Shown here piece by piece: positions 30,303 to 39,258 of a stretch of 64,000 nucleotides of DNA. Each line of letters opens with the position of its first letter. Position 1 is the stretch's first letter. Where the stretch lies: assembly GCA_048940925.1 (NCBI GenBank), contig JBHLOC010000003.1:1-64000 (forward strand). The letters are read 5' to 3'. A model generated the notes under the pieces. It did no database searches. It was not told the origin of the DNA and saw only the letters and a list, made by a program, of their open reading frames with translations. This DNA comes from Promethearchaeota archaeon (lineage in GTDB: Archaea > Asgardarchaeota > Lokiarchaeia > Sigyniarchaeales > SOKP01). Made by a program: the position numbers and the translations under genes.

Positions 30303-31567
30303 TTTTCCAAACCCTCCTCATTAGACATTACAATTACAGCGGCATAGGCAGCCCCTGGACCCCCTATTGAATGAGAAATAGCTCTACCGTTTTCAATTGT
30401 TTTAATTTGATGTTTACCAGCATCTTCACGTATTTGTAATGCTGCTTCTCCCGTAGACATAATACCAGTTGCACCTACGGCGTGTCCACAACCAATTAAA
30501 CCACCAGATGGACAACATGGCAACTCTCCATCCATCCTTGGTCCTCCTTCTTCAATCCATTTTCCCCCTTTTCCGAATGAAACAAAACCAAGTTCTTCAT
30601 ATGAAATCACCTCTTGTCCGCTAAATGCATCATGAAGTTCTGCTATATCTATTTGTGATTTTATTTTTTCATAGTCCAATCCTGCCATCTTATATGCTGC
30701 TTTTGCAGCATAGATATTGGAGTATAATCTTCCCATATCTTCTCTATTTCCTATAAAGCAATCAGTATTTGCTGCACCAACTCCAGTTATCCAAATTGGC
30801 TCTTCGACTTTTAATTCCTTTACTTTTTCTTCGTTTGCTAAAATTAATGCAGCAGATGCTTCTGAATACAGGCAACAATCAAGCATCTTAAAAGGATAGC
30901 ATATAATTCTTGAATTCATTACATCTTCAACTGTTATTTTCATTGGTGATTGTGCTTTAGGGTTATTCATCGCATTTCCATGATTTTTTACAGATACAAG
31001 TGCCATTTGTTCTTCTGTTGGATTTCCAAATTCCTCAAAATGTGCATTAACCATACTTACATAAGAACTTGCCGCCATCATACCCATAGGATATTCATAA
31101 GTCATATCAGCTGAATAAGCAATTGCATTCAATACTTCGGGTGTAGTAGTGCCTGTTTGTTAATGACAAATAGCGATAAGCCATTAATTTTCATCATAAC
31201 AGTCATTACACTTTTCTACACCAATGCAAAGGCATAAATCTGAGAGTCCTGATGCCACTTCAGCATACGCCATTCTAACTGTATAACCACCAGTTGCACC
31301 TCCCGTAGCAATTCTAGTTCCCGGTTTGTTATTCATTCCAAGATAGCTATTAATAAAAATGTCTGGCATAAATTGTCGCTCGAACAATTCGTTATATATT
31401 CCATAAACTGTTGATTGAATGTCTTCATGAGTTATTTCGGCACCATTTTTATTAGAATCTTCAATAGCAAGCTTAGTTGCATCAAACGCAAGCTCAAAAT
31501 AAGTCTTATCTAAGTACCGGGCTTTAAATGGAGTAATTCCTATACCAATAATCGCAACCTTTTTCAA
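30299..31567 (-). CDS. Thiolase-family protein interrupted by a 30-nt insert; joined product 412 aa = complement(join(30299..31159,31190..31567))
   Basis: Track ORFs 31184-31567 and 30299-31132 are same-frame N- and C-terminal halves; joined reading GVEKCNDCYDE|QTGTTTPEVLNAIAYSAD is collinear with paralog 15618 (GWERMDEV...ISCAAD). Confidence 0.85.
31160..31189 (-). other. Candidate bulge-helix-bulge (BHB) mRNA intron, 30 nt
   Basis: Minus-strand insert AATTAATGGCTTATCGCTATTTGTCATTAA with two in-frame TAA; folds by hand with its flanks into a BHB; exact excision restores the frame. Confidence 0.55.
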
Positions 31568-31735
31568 TATTTTCCACTTTTCTGTAATTTTCTTTTTATT
31601 ATTTTTATGGATTAATTAATGATTGGTTTTTCAATTATTTAATTTTTAAAACTAATAAAATTAGAAAATGAAATGGATTCTATATTAAAATATAGAATAA
31701 GGAATGGGTTATTAACTTCAAAAATCTGAAGCTTT

Positions 31736-32248
31736 TTAAATATTTCTCTGATTCAAGCGATAATCTTTCAAAGTACTTACACTTTCACCAATAAGATCAA
31801 TGAATACTTTAATTTCCTTTTCTAAATTCCTTAAAACCTTTTGATATTTTACGACTTCGATTTTATCATCATTAGATAAATTTTCAATATCTATACTTTT
31901 AATCAAATTACTAATTTCTTGTTTACTTTCCACTGCTTGGTGAATCCAAGTTTGTAGTCCATTAATCGCTAAATCAAAGAAATTTAGATGCATTTGATAT
32001 AAAAAATGCTCTCTTGAAGGATTCTTGTATTTTTGCAATATTCCCATCTTAATCATTTGATCAACTGCTCTTGATATTGATGAAATTGAATACCCTGTTA
32101 AATCAGAAAGAACTTTCTGATTTAATTCTCGTCCTTCAAGAAAAAATGTAGCCATAATTCTTCCAAAAATTATTGGCAAACCTCTCTTATCAACAATTCT
32201 CTCGTAAATTTGTAAAAATTTAGATCTGATTTCCTCAACATAACTCAT
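31736..32248 (-). CDS. GbsR/MarR-family transcriptional regulator
   Basis: RGLPIIFGRI, wHTH LSDLTGYSISSISRA, C-terminal helix. Confidence 0.8.
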   Translation of the reverse strand: MSYVEEIRSKFLQIYERIVDKRGLPIIFGRIMATFFLEGRELNQKVLSDLTGYSISSISRAVDQMIKMGILQKYKNPSREHFLYQMHLNFFDLAINGLQTWIHQAVESKQEISNLIKSIDIENLSNDDKIEVVKYQKVLRNLEKEIKVFIDLIGESVSTLKDYRLNQRNI

Positions 32249-32308
32249 AAATTATACAATAGAAGTAAAATTTATATAATTTTTGATTTTATTATAATTT
32301 GTGTAATT

Positions 32309-33118
32309 ATGAAAATTATGAAAAAAAATTCTAATTCCTTTGTTTGCCCAATTTGTAAATCAGATTTATCATTTCTAAAGAAAAAGTATATATGTCATTC
32401 ATGTCATAGGAATTTTAATATTGTTAATAGTATTCCAAATTTCTTTATTGCTTCAGAATCGGAAAAAGAAATCCCAGCGATTAAATCAGTAAAATTTATA
32501 GATTACCTCTCAAAAGTTTATGAATCAAAGATTTGGTATCCTTTAGTATATCATTTATATGGAGGTATTAAAATTCCTAATATTCAAAAGACTGTTAATT
32601 TAATAACAGAAATGACTAATTCTTCAGATGGTATTGTATTAGATGTTGCATGTGGGACAGGAATTTATACTAGAAGTATTGCTAAGAATGTGAATAAAAT
32701 ATATGGTATAGATTTATCTCAAGGAATGCTTGAAAAAGGAATAAATTTAGCTTATAAGAATAAGATTTTTAATATTGAATTTCTTAGAGCTAATGTTGAA
32801 AGAATTCCCTTTTCGAACAATTATTTTGATGGAGCATGTTGTTCAGGAGCTTTGCATTTGTTTCCAAATACTATCTTAGCACTAAAAGAGATTGCTAGGG
32901 TTTTAAAACCGAATTGCCCTTTAGCAGTTATGACATTTACAAGAAGAAGATTTTTGAAGTATAAATTTATATACGATCATATTAAGAAAAATCATGGAGC
33001 AATTATATTTGATCTAAATGAACTAAGTATCATTTTAAAAAGAGCTGGTTTTAAAAGTTTTAAACCAAAAGTATTTGGTTCTATGCTTTTATTCAGTGCA
33101 AAAAAAAATTATAAATAA
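32309..33118 (+). CDS. Class I SAM-dependent methyltransferase with N-terminal Zn-finger (Trm112-like)
   Basis: CPIC..CHSC, VLDVACGTG, GIDLS, EIARVLKP. Confidence 0.88.
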   Translation: MKIMKKNSNSFVCPICKSDLSFLKKKYICHSCHRNFNIVNSIPNFFIASESEKEIPAIKSVKFIDYLSKVYESKIWYPLVYHLYGGIKIPNIQKTVNLITEMTNSSDGIVLDVACGTGIYTRSIAKNVNKIYGIDLSQGMLEKGINLAYKNKIFNIEFLRANVERIPFSNNYFDGACCSGALHLFPNTILALKEIARVLKPNCPLAVMTFTRRRFLKYKFIYDHIKKNHGAIIFDLNELSIILKRAGFKSFKPKVFGSMLLFSAKKNYK

Positions 33119-33183
33119 ATAAAAATATTCGTCTATTGAGTCAATCTCAAATTTGTTCCTATTACAGAAAAGTTAAAAATTTC

Positions 33184-34257
33184 TTAAATTGATTTTTCAA
33201 CAATTTTTAATTTGCTTTTAGCGCCAATCACATTAAATTCACTAGGGCTGATTTCAATGTCTTTACCTGTTAAAACATTCACGATTGTGGCTGTTAGAAT
33301 TCCCCAAGGGCATATTGAATTTTCTAACTCTTCCGGTTCCATATATGAGCGAACCACAGATGTTGAACAATTGATAGATTCCACGGTTAATTCATTTTCA
33401 GATATCCAATCTAATTTTAATTTTTCTGCCATACCTATTTCAGTAAATTTATTCATTGCGATTTCTAAAGCTTCGTTTAGATTATATTTTTTTAATTCAT
33501 CTAGATCGAGTCCAATTTGTTTGGAATATCTTTCTAGAAATTCATAGGTTTTAGGAAATACATATTTATATAAAACTGGAGTTCCAACTAATTCTTTTGC
33601 GCTTCCTTCATATCCAAATGTAATTCCATGTAAAATCATAGCAACACCATGAAGATTTGTTTGTTTTGTTATTTCTCCATAAGTTTTAAATTTAAAAGCT
33701 TTTACTATTGCAAAAAGAATAATGCCGATTAATACTGATAGAATTAATGACAATACGTAATTTGGTATTAAGGCTGGTGTAGGTATCCCAAGCGAAGGAT
33801 TTACAAAAAAATAAAAATCAATATTGCTAGTAAAATAAGCTAATGCCCATCCAGCAAATCCAATAGGTCCAATGATCTTTCCATAATTATAAATGAAATC
33901 TTTTTTAAATCTAGCAATTACAAATTTAAATGTAAATAAACAAAATGCAATGATCCCTCCAAGAAATGTATGCCAAAAAATGGTTGTAATATAAAAATCA
34001 CTAAAACCATTTGGATTCAATCGTGGTATTACAGCAAAATAAATGCATAGAGCAGAAAGCAAATAGAAAATAGTTGCTGCAATCCACCCAAATCTCTTAT
34101 GTGCTTTAACTTCTAATAATGTTAATTCCTTTAAATCCCTAATATGTGAAATCCCTATGGATGCATTGGCAAGGGCTAAACCAAAACCTACTGTTGAGAG
34201 ATACAACATAAAGTGATTTAGAAATATCATTTGATCAAAGGTTAATTGAAAAATCAT
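33184..34257 (-). CDS. Membrane protein (5 TM, His-bearing) fused to a V4R-like C-terminal domain
   Basis: HKRFG and WHTFLG in TM part; C-terminal GM..,NCS...ICPWG. Confidence 0.6.
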   Translation of the reverse strand: MIFQLTFDQMIFLNHFMLYLSTVGFGLALANASIGISHIRDLKELTLLEVKAHKRFGWIAATIFYLLSALCIYFAVIPRLNPNGFSDFYITTIFWHTFLGGIIAFCLFTFKFVIARFKKDFIYNYGKIIGPIGFAGWALAYFTSNIDFYFFVNPSLGIPTPALIPNYVLSLILSVLIGIILFAIVKAFKFKTYGEITKQTNLHGVAMILHGITFGYEGSAKELVGTPVLYKYVFPKTYEFLERYSKQIGLDLDELKKYNLNEALEIAMNKFTEIGMAEKLKLDWISENELTVESINCSTSVVRSYMEPEELENSICPWGILTATIVNVLTGKDIEISPSEFNVIGAKSKLKIVEKSI

Positions 34258-34386
34258 TCTTAAATTTCACCTTAAGTTCATTTATTTTAAAGGTAATAGT
34301 TTTCGGATATTAAAATTCAGTCAAAGAATATTTACCAATATATTCTTTTTATATATAAAATTAATGCTTAAAAGAAAAAAGTAAAT

Positions 34387-35490
34387 TTATTTTATTTGGA
34401 GAAATATGTTAAAACAGATATCTTGAATTTTTTGAAATTCATTTAAATCTTCAACTTTTCCTATCATAATTAGAGCAATATTATTAAAATTAATACAAAT
34501 TGTAGTTATTCTCTCTCCACCGATAGAACAGTTAAATAACACTCTATTATATACTTCCTCACTCAATTTTTTTGAAGAAGTTAATACACTTATAGTTTCA
34601 GGTATATAATCAGTGCAATCATACTCCTCATCAAATAGCTTCGAGTAGATAATTTTTCCAATCAAATCTACTAAGTATACTTGTTTAATTTTAGAATCCC
34701 AAATTAATTTCTCAAATTCTTCTGCTATTTTTTTAGGTTTCTTAACATATTTTTCTTTACTCTTGAAGAAATCCAAATCTAAAAACGCTTTTTCAATATT
34801 ATCTACTAATTGGTATTGTTTTACAATAAGTATCTTTTTTCTAATCTCTACTAATATATTTTCATTCCTTACGGTAGTTAATAATATCCATTTTGCATTT
34901 TCATTAAGATTATTTTGATATAAAAATTGAGCTGAGTTAACGATCAACGGAATAAGAAAACTTACTTTTTCTTTATTGACAAATTGTTTAGCATGTATAT
35001 AAAAAACATGTCCTGCTTTTGGTTCAAGAAGTATTATCGATTTAAATATTCCTCCTTCATCAATCTGTTGAATTGACTTAATTAGTGTATCTAGTCCATG
35101 AGCAAAGATAATATCTTCCATTTTTTTATTAAATTTATTAAATTTAGTTATTTCACCATCAAATTCTTTGTTTAGTGGTTCTCTAAACATTTTCGTAAAG
35201 TTTTCCATTATATCATGAACAAGCGAATGTAAAACTTCTATTAATTCTTCATTCTTACTTGTTGCGACAAAAGTGAGTTTTTGTGTATATTCAGCCCATT
35301 TTTCAAAAATTATATTAGTTTCTTTCAATTTTAATGCTTTAATATCTTCTCCTCTTTCCACACTTGCAAAATTATTTAAAGCTGTTAAAAAACCGCTAAT
35401 CAAATCATCATCACTAGTTCTACTACTTTTTTCTGAATGCCAACTAAATAACAACTGACCTGATTCATTGATTATAAATAAGTCATCCAT
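34387..35490 (-). CDS. Longin-like domain protein with additional roadblock/profilin-like domains
   Basis: LFIINESGQLLF...DLISGFLTALNNFA...F...F; later VYLVDLIGKIIYS. Confidence 0.7.
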   Translation of the reverse strand: MDDLFIINESGQLLFSWHSEKSSRTSDDDLISGFLTALNNFASVERGEDIKALKLKETNIIFEKWAEYTQKLTFVATSKNEELIEVLHSLVHDIMENFTKMFREPLNKEFDGEITKFNKFNKKMEDIIFAHGLDTLIKSIQQIDEGGIFKSIILLEPKAGHVFYIHAKQFVNKEKVSFLIPLIVNSAQFLYQNNLNENAKWILLTTVRNENILVEIRKKILIVKQYQLVDNIEKAFLDLDFFKSKEKYVKKPKKIAEEFEKLIWDSKIKQVYLVDLIGKIIYSKLFDEEYDCTDYIPETISVLTSSKKLSEEVYNRVLFNCSIGGERITTICINFNNIALIMIGKVEDLNEFQKIQDICFNIFLQIK

Positions 35491-35653
35491 GATAATATTA
35501 AAAATGATTTTAAATTAAATGAATATGAAGTTTTTTTTAACTTTAACCTAATATAGTATAATAAAAAGATTTTCTCCATTGCTAATTAGTATTACCTAAT
35601 TTTTAATAGATATAAGAGATTTTACCCTATCAAGGGTAAATTGGTAATTACTT

Positions 35654-37159
35654 ATGGATAAAAAAAACATTCCAATTATTATAGGTGCAGCACAATTCAC
35701 ACAGCATAAGGGTACTTCCAAACCATTAGATCCACTCAGTTTAATGGCTAAGACTAGTAAAATGGCTATTGATGATAGCAAATCGAAAAAATTAGTAGAA
35801 TACATCGATGCTGTATATATGATCAACATTATTTCATGGTCTTATGAAGATGGTCCGGTTGAGCTCAGTACAAGATTGGGTATTAAACCTATTAAAAAAG
35901 TATATTTACCTGAGGGTGGACATTCACCCCAGATGTTGGTTAATCGAGCTGCTAACGACATATCATCTGGAGAATTTCGCTGTATTCTTGTCACTGGTGG
36001 AGAGGCAGCTTATTCTATATTTAAAACTTTTCAAAACCAACCTCCACCATATTGGCCAGAAAGAAAAATACCTAAATACATAGAAAAAAAAGCGTGGGAA
36101 TATACTAATAAAGTTGAGAGGAAATATGGAATGATAAATGCACCACTCACATACGCTATTTTAGAAACAGCATTGAGGGCTTCATCTGGTCGAAATCCAC
36201 AAAAACATAATAAATATCTTGGAAAGCTCTTTGAACATTTTTCTAAACACGCATCGAATAATCCTTATAGCTGGACTCAAGAAAATTATACAGCAGAAGA
36301 AATAATTACAGCTTTTCCTGAGAATCGATATATTGATTATCCTTATACAAAACGTATGTGTGCTAATGTTTTTGTAGATCAGTCAGCTTCTCTTTTGATT
36401 ACAAGTGAAGAACTTGCTAAAACACTTAATATTGACCATAAAAAATGGATATATGTAATGGGGGGTGCTGATTTATATAATATCCCACATGTTACTCAAC
36501 GTCCGAAACTTGACAACTCTCCTGCGGTAAAGGAAGCAACTAGAATTGCTCTAAGACAAGCAGGACTGAAACTTAAAGATATTGATAAATTTGACTTATA
36601 CAGCTGTTTTCCTTCTATAGTTGAGATTATTATGAATGAGCTCGAGATCAAAGAGGATGATCCTCGTGATTTAACAATTACAGGTGGGCTTCCCTATTTT
36701 GGTGGACCACTAAGCTTTTATTCTTTACATTCTATTATAAATGCCGTAGATTTAATTCGAAAAAATCGTTCTTTAAAGATATTCATTGTAGCAAATGGTG
36801 GGTATAACACTAAGCTATCTGTTGGAATTTATGGTTCTGAACCCCCTGTAATACCTTGGGGAACCCATAAGGATCAAGAAATCCAACAATCGATTTTAAA
36901 AGATGCTTTACCAGAACCTGTTGAAATGGCGAATGGTAAACTTGTCATCGACGGATATAGTATTAAGTATGACCGATCTGGTCAACCTGAAAAAGCAATT
37001 TTTATTGGAACACTTCAAAATGGAAAACGTGCTCTTGCCATTATTAAATCGGGATTAGATATAAACCTAAATCTAGAAGCACAGGAGCTTGTAGGAAAAA
37101 CTTGTATTATTGAATATGATCCTCAAGAAGATCAAAATCTAGTACTCAGTTTTGAATAA
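35654..37159 (+). CDS. Thiolase-like protein (DLYSCFP subtype) with C-terminal extension
   Basis: GGHSPQ, GGEA, YPYTKRM, VDQSA, DLYSCFP, TITGGLPYFGGP, ANGG. Confidence 0.85.
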   Translation: MDKKNIPIIIGAAQFTQHKGTSKPLDPLSLMAKTSKMAIDDSKSKKLVEYIDAVYMINIISWSYEDGPVELSTRLGIKPIKKVYLPEGGHSPQMLVNRAANDISSGEFRCILVTGGEAAYSIFKTFQNQPPPYWPERKIPKYIEKKAWEYTNKVERKYGMINAPLTYAILETALRASSGRNPQKHNKYLGKLFEHFSKHASNNPYSWTQENYTAEEIITAFPENRYIDYPYTKRMCANVFVDQSASLLITSEELAKTLNIDHKKWIYVMGGADLYNIPHVTQRPKLDNSPAVKEATRIALRQAGLKLKDIDKFDLYSCFPSIVEIIMNELEIKEDDPRDLTITGGLPYFGGPLSFYSLHSIINAVDLIRKNRSLKIFIVANGGYNTKLSVGIYGSEPPVIPWGTHKDQEIQQSILKDALPEPVEMANGKLVIDGYSIKYDRSGQPEKAIFIGTLQNGKRALAIIKSGLDINLNLEAQELVGKTCIIEYDPQEDQNLVLSFE

Positions 37160-37240
37160 TTTCTTTTATTCATACAAAAATTTTACAAAAAAAAAGCTTA
37201 AATATAAATTCTATTATAAAATTGTTGTAAAAAAATAATA

Positions 37241-37278
37241 AAGAAAGCTATAGATATCAATTTAGCTTTTTTTTTTTT
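37241..37278 (+). terminator. Hairpin plus long T-tract, putative terminator
   Basis: AAAGCTA...TAGCTTT followed by a T run to 37278. Confidence 0.4.
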
Positions 37279-37344
37279 CTTTACTAAATCTAACCTTTTA
37301 ATTTAAGAGAAGAAAGAGGTGTTATTTTTATATCTCAAGATGAA

Positions 37345-38031
37345 ATGAAAGAGATTACAGAAAATCTCGATGAAAAAATTGTACAAAGTTTACAAGAAAA
37401 AGTTTCCGAATATTCTGTTAAAATTAGTGAGCTTGCAGAAAAACTATCTAAAAAAAGTGAAGAGTTAGAAAATTTGACAAAAAATAATAGTGATTTAAAT
37501 TCCAAACTAGAAGAAACAGAATTAAATTTAGAATCTAAAGTGAGCGAACTAAGTAAACTAAATTCGGAGATATATGACTTGAAAAAAACTATTTCTTTAC
37601 AAGAGAATGAAATTAATAAGTTAAATACAAAAGAGAGCAAATTGAATTTAAGAGATGAAGAATTAGTTAATTCACTCCAAGAAAAAGATAATATTATAAA
37701 AGAATTAAATAATAACGTTACAGCTAAGGAAAATAAAATCAAAGGACTAAATGATAAACTGGCAGTCAACGATAAAGTTATTCTTGACCAACAAAATAAA
37801 TTAGAACAGTTAGAAGCAGAATTGAATAAGGCTAAAACAGAATTATCAGAATTAAAACCTCAGGAACCAACAATATATACAAGTGAAGAAAGATTAGTTT
37901 GCCCCCGCTGTGGTGCGAAAGGGAAAGATCTAAAAACTGAAGAAGATAAAAGTAAAGTTCTTAGTTATGTTGGACATAGTCCTATGTACGCGAAGAAAAA
38001 TGTGTGTAAAAAGTGTGGTTATGACTTTTAA
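37345..38031 (+). CDS. Coiled-coil protein with C-terminal zinc ribbon
   Basis: Heptad region, then CPRCG...EDKSKVLSY...CKKCGYDF. Confidence 0.8.
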   Translation: MKEITENLDEKIVQSLQEKVSEYSVKISELAEKLSKKSEELENLTKNNSDLNSKLEETELNLESKVSELSKLNSEIYDLKKTISLQENEINKLNTKESKLNLRDEELVNSLQEKDNIIKELNNNVTAKENKIKGLNDKLAVNDKVILDQQNKLEQLEAELNKAKTELSELKPQEPTIYTSEERLVCPRCGAKGKDLKTEEDKSKVLSYVGHSPMYAKKNVCKKCGYDF

Positions 38032-38174
38032 TTAAGTAATTTCATTTTTCTTTAAACTATATTACCTATACTTAATTTAATAATTTAAATTAACCAATAT
38101 AGTCTAGATTATTTTTTACATCGATGAATAAGATATAAAAAAGTATATTTCTAATTAATAAACTGTGATGAGAG

Positions 38175-39197
38175 TTGATAAAAACAAGAATTACAGAAAA
38201 ATTTGGAATAAAGTATCCTATTATTAGTGCTCCTATGGGTCCATTTTATACTACTAAATTAACAATTGCTGTTTCTGAAGCTGGTGGACTTGGTGTTTTA
38301 AGTCATGTAACTTTACGAGGTAAAAATTCAGTTTTAGATTTTAAAGAACAGTTAGATTACGTAATTGAGCACACAGATAAGCCCTTTGGCTTAAATGTAA
38401 GAACTGCTCGTATTCAAACAGACCATAAAATTTTATTAAGAAAAATCCCTGAATGGCGTAAAAAAGATCCAAAGCTTCGAGAACAGCTAATTTATGCCGT
38501 AACAAGTGCAGGTAGTCCCCGAATTGCAGCAAAAATGTGGAAAGAAAAAGCACCTGATATGTATCATTTTCATGTTGGCCCTGCTTTATGGCTAGTAGAT
38601 AAAATAGTGGAATCTGGTTGCGATGGAATTGTGGCTACGGGAACAGAAGGTGGAGGCCATCAGAGTTATGAAGGTATAACTACTTTAGTATTAGTTCAAC
38701 AAGTCGCAGAAAAGTATCCTGAAAAAATGTTAGTAGCATGTGGAGGATTTGCCAATCCTGAAGGAATAGCCGCAGGTTTATCTATGGGGGCTGATGCTAT
38801 CGCAATGGGTACTCGATTTATTGCTTCTAATCAGAGCGAATTTCATCAAAATTATAAAGATCTTATACTTCCCGCAACAGCTCGAGATACAATGCTTACA
38901 ACCGGAGGATTTGGTCCTATCCGTCTATTAAAAAATAAATATTGCTTAAAACATGGGAAGGTGATCTCTAAAGAAGAAAAAATTTCACAAGAGATAGCTT
39001 ATGGGATGGATGAATATCTCGAAGAACTCTATAGGTATGAAATTGTGTATACCCAAGGAGATGTAGATAATGGTGCTATACCCGTAGGCCAAACCTGTGG
39101 ATTAATTGATACTATAATGGATGTTGATGATATTGTATGTGGATTTACAAAAAAAGCTGAGGTTTTATTAAAAAAAATATGCTCAAATATCTCGTAA
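38175..39197 (+). CDS. Nitronate monooxygenase / FabK-like flavoenzyme
   Basis: PIISAPMG, AVSEAGGLG, GTEGGGH, MGTRF, GQTCGLI. Confidence 0.88.
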   Translation: MIKTRITEKFGIKYPIISAPMGPFYTTKLTIAVSEAGGLGVLSHVTLRGKNSVLDFKEQLDYVIEHTDKPFGLNVRTARIQTDHKILLRKIPEWRKKDPKLREQLIYAVTSAGSPRIAAKMWKEKAPDMYHFHVGPALWLVDKIVESGCDGIVATGTEGGGHQSYEGITTLVLVQQVAEKYPEKMLVACGGFANPEGIAAGLSMGADAIAMGTRFIASNQSEFHQNYKDLILPATARDTMLTTGGFGPIRLLKNKYCLKHGKVISKEEKISQEIAYGMDEYLEELYRYEIVYTQGDVDNGAIPVGQTCGLIDTIMDVDDIVCGFTKKAEVLLKKICSNIS

Positions 39198-39258
39198 AAT
39201 TCTGTTTTTTCTATTATTTATATTGTGTTAAATAAAAAACAAAAAAATTAAATAATCA

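Noticed and set aside
30299-31567. Two separate genes, or stop-codon readthrough/recoding, for the split thiolase
   Set aside because: The halves are complementary parts of one fold. Both stops are TAA (not Sec/Pyl codons), TAA is the normal stop across the window, and readthrough would be needed twice.
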